Origin: Chiloscyllium plagiosum
Lineage: Eukaryota
Assembly: GCF_004010195.1 (NCBI RefSeq)
Contig: NC_057719.1
Coordinates: 63,365,378-63,429,377, forward strand
Direction of reading: 5' to 3'
DNA: 64,000 bases
Numbering within the stretch: position 1 is the first letter of the stretch; each line of letters starts with the position of its first letter. The notes below the pieces were generated by a model that did no database searches, was not told the origin of the DNA, and was given only the letters and a program-made list of their open reading frames with translations. A program made the position numbers and the translations under genes. Below are positions 60,081 to 64,000 of this stretch, piece by piece.

Positions 60081-62114
60081 GCAAGCACACAACAAAATGT
60101 TGAGGCATTTATCATAAACCTACTTAATGAATGCAAAATAAATCTGTAGAGATTTTTGGTTACTTTGCACACATGACATGGGACAGTATGTGTGTTATTC
60201 TATAGATGAGAAATGCCTTGTTTCATAGCCACCTGTTTTACAAAGAATAAATTCAAGTAGTATTTATGATAGTTGAAGGGTATGTGGTTGAAGTAAGTTC
60301 ATACGCAATAGCCTGGCCACTATGTTTTAATGTAGAAAAATAAAAGGATATTCATGTTGGAGCAAGGACTGTGAAATGTGCATGAAGTAAAAATTGGAGT
60401 GATAACCATCCACGGCAAATGTGAAGCTGTGTAAGAAGATTAATAATGCTGGCTTGAATGCAGAGGGCACTTTATTACAGGGAGAAGTGGATCATTTGAG
60501 GTCACATTTGCAATATTATGTACAGTTTTTAATATTGTACTTTTGAAAGGTAGTAGAGGTCTTTGATTCTGCAATACAAGAATGATTCATAGCATATAAT
60601 ATATGTATAATTTACTCCACCAACCCATGTATTTTGCACAGATACTTTGATGTGACTGAAATGGATACTGAATCTTGCCACCACCTGCTTTCTTTCATTT
60701 TGCAATCTCTAATAATTATAAATAAAATAATTATTGTTTAAACGTGTTGGTTATTTGTTGAGAAAAAAAACAGGAATTGTACTATAACTGTATGTGAATG
60801 GAAGCAGGTTGGGCCGGTATCTACATGATTAGCATATGGTTCAGATTAATAGCAGCAACATGTGTTTGATCCCTCTTCTGGCTGAGGTGGACTTGTGACC
60901 TGCCTCCCTTCTTTGCCCCGAGAGTGAAATCAATTGGCAAATCACCACTGATAGAAACTGCTAAGAAAATAGTTCAGGAGCATCAGCAGTGAGCCATGGA
61001 TCTGTCTCTAAGCAGAAAACACATGAGTAAATGAAAGAAATGTATTAGAATATAATAGGAGTTGAAACATTTTAATTTGTGACTTTTTAAAGTAATTTTC
61101 CACTGAGGTGGATAGGGATGGTTTGACATGTAGAGGCAAATAATGTTCATTAAACACAATGAACTAAGTCTTTGATTGCAACAATTAAATATGGTTCATC
61201 ATTGATCTCTTTGCATCTCAAATTTTTGTCTTAATTATTTAACCTGCATGGCTTTCCTACTGAAAGAATAGAGACCTGCTTCTGAGCCTTTGTATTCCAA
61301 TGACCTATTGGAGGGTCCCGGGAGCAGACTGGATAATCTTCCTACTGTTGTTTTTCTTCTCATTAAGTAGCTTTACGAAAGTAGTGACTTTATGGCTCTG
61401 TGAACATCGTCATTTACATCAACAAAATGAACAATATAAAAGTAAAACAATTTGCTGCTGTCAAGGCAAATGTAGATGTAAAACTTTACGCATAGCCAAC
61501 TGTTTATCACATAGTTATGGAACAATCGCTAGAGCGGGATGCTTACTGCAGAGTTTAGAAAAGTTTCACAGTGTGTGGCCATCATCTTTTTTTTAAAAAT
61601 CAGTTTCAAGAATTTAATTGCAGACAGTAATTGCAGACAGGCTCTTTCGGGCCTTCCAGCATCATTAGTACATCAAAAGAAGCATTTCTCTTGCCAATAT
61701 GGTCTGTTGCGGAATGATTGAGAATGGAAATGACTGGTGATCACTGAAGTAATACTGGCAGCCACATGCACAGCATAGGGAAACCAAGAGCAGTGAAATT
61801 GATCGAACGAACTGTTGCTTCAGTTGTTTGCTGCAGTGCACTAATACTTTTCGATCACTGTCAGTTACTCTTGGAATCACCAGCTTACCTTTCTGGTTTT
61901 CTGCACATTCTGAAATTGGTTGTACATGTTTATAGTATAACAGGAGAGATGTGAATGTATATTCTGAGGGTATCATGCACTAGAACGGCCTTTCCTTCTC
62001 TTAGCTTTCAGTTCTGGAGCATTGTACAACAACAGACCATCCGTATATGTAAAAATATTATTCAGTATTTGACTGCTACAATTTCTAAATGAAGCTTTAT
62101 TAAATTAATGGTTG

Positions 62115-63330
62115 GAGGGAATTGCAGGGCGACCAGAACTATTCTCCAGAAGAAGCCTCATCAATGCCTTGACAAACATCAACATGACATCCCAATTCCC
62201 ATACTCAAAGGTCTGAGCAATGAAGACAGGCATGCTTAAGGCCTTCTTCACCACCCTGTATATCTGTGACACAAATTTCAAAGAATTATGTACCTGAATC
62301 CCTATAACATTGTTGTACAACATTGCTCAGGGGCCTATCAGTAATCGTATAAATCCTGCCCTTGTTTGTTTCATCAAAATGCATTTGTCCAAATTAAACT
62401 TCGCCCACTCCTCAGCCCATTGACCCAATTGATCAAGAACTCTTTGTAATCTCAGATAACCACCTCACTGTGCAGTATAGCACCAATTTTCATGCTATCC
62501 ACAAACATACTAATCATTTGTATAAATGACAAACAAAAATGGACCTAGTACCCATCCCCTGTGGAACAGCGCTGGTCACAGGTCTCCAATCTAAAAAAAA
62601 CAGTCCTCCACCACCACCCTCTGTCTCCTAGCATCAAGCCAATTTTGTATCCAGTTGGCAAGGTCTCCCTGAATTCCATGTGAACGAGCTTTACTAATTA
62701 GTCTACCACACAGAACCTTGTCAAAAGCTTTACTAAAATCCATGTAAACAACACCTGCTGATCTGTCATAGAATCATAGAATCCTTACACTGTGGAAACA
62801 GGCCCTTTGGGCCAATAAGTCCACCCTGACCCTCTGAAGAGTATCTCACCCAGACCCATTCCCCTGTCCTCATCAATCTTTTGGGTTACTTCCTCAAAAA
62901 GCTCAAACAAGTTTGTGAGACACAATTTCCCTTGCACAAAGCCATACTGACTATCTTCAATCATTTCTTGACTCTCCAAATGCATGTAAACCCTGTCTTT
63001 CAGAATCACCTTCAACAATTTACCGATGTCAGACTCACAGGACTATAGTTCCCAGGCTTCTCCTTCCAGCTTTTTTAAATGAAGACATAACGTTAACCAC
63101 CGTCCAGCCCTCCAACACCACATTCGTGATTATTGATGATACAGATATCTCTGCTACATTTCTTCCATGACTTCCCACAATGTCTTGGGATACATTTGAT
63201 CAGGTCCTAGAGATATATTCACCTTTATGTTTTCTAAGACCACCAGCACTTCCTCTTCTGAATTGTTTTCAAGACATCAATATTTATTTCCCCCAGTTCT
63301 CTAGCCTCCATTTCGTTGTCTACAGTAAAT
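62115..63330 (-). mobile_element. Old CR1 RT fragment with a SINE tail inserted at ~62765-62865
   Basis: DSQYGFVQGKLCLTNLFELFEEVT, RVVKKA..FEYGNWDVML. Confidence 0.82.
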
Positions 63331-64000
63331 TCGGAAGAATGTAAGTGGCTTACTCATGAGCTGATTGACGCAGGTGTTCAGTCCGTGCGTCAACTAATTA
63401 TTATTCTGACTATGCTTTAAATGGGAAAATTGGCTCTGCATTTGTTCAGAATGTATTTTATAACCAGTTATTTAAGTTTATATACAAATTTATTTTTTGA
63501 AGGGAGGTCAACATGCAGTAAAGTCAGAGCCCTTTCAAAACTACCAATGAAGTTGACTACCTATAATTACAGCTTTTTTCATTGAACAACCCAAGTTTTG
63601 AGAATTCTTCAGTTCAACTCAAAAATTTATTTGAATGCCTTATTGTTGCAATTTTCCCACTAAGAGCGTGAAAGGCTTCTTATGCAAGTATTACACTTTT
63701 CTGCAGCATCTAGTATCTGTATTCAACTTGTGATCAAAATAACGACAGATTATAGATATTCTTCACCTCCTTCTCTGGAACTTTGGATATGGTTTTCATT
63801 CCATCTTTGGTTGGAAGTAACTGGTTACCACACATGACATTTTGAAAATCAAATTGAGGAACATTCTAGTGAAATCAGAAATTGCTACACAAGGCTTTTT
63901 ATATTAACGGTAATAGATTCACTGCTCTCGGTACTGGAATTCCAACATGTGACACCCTCGGCTGAAAGGATATGCATTTGGGGCACTCACATCTCAATTT

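Overview
Eukaryotic, repeat-rich genomic DNA that is almost certainly from a cartilaginous fish (shark). This is inferred from HE1-like V-SINEs, CR1 LINEs with matching 3' tails, DeuSINE/SacSINE-like relics and several Penelope-like element (PLE) families. No intact host protein-coding ORF is visible: the interpretable ORFs in the track are decayed retroelement fragments, and the rest are short or gap-spanning. A CpG-rich promoter-like region at ~1.0-2.8 kb (GC box, CCAAT, ETS, E-box, RFX X-box) suggests the rest of the window is long intron(s) of a + strand gene with only a few small candidate exons. Large elements: a near-full-length L1-clade LINE (36.75-42.26 kb, -), a near-full-length mosaic CR1 with a zinc-finger/esterase ORF1 (26.95-31.75 kb, -), another long CR1 (14.0-17.5 kb, +), a Rex1/Babar fragment and a solo LTR. 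The most interesting signal is a dense set of minimal type-I hammerhead-ribozyme motifs (CUGANGA-stem II-GAAA-palindromic stem III) carried by at least four PLE-derived families. Several of these sit in ~130-210 bp fold-back (palindromic) non-coding insertions bounded by 14-16 bp target-site duplications. All family assignments come from motif reading, not database searches, and the boundaries of old repeats are approximate.
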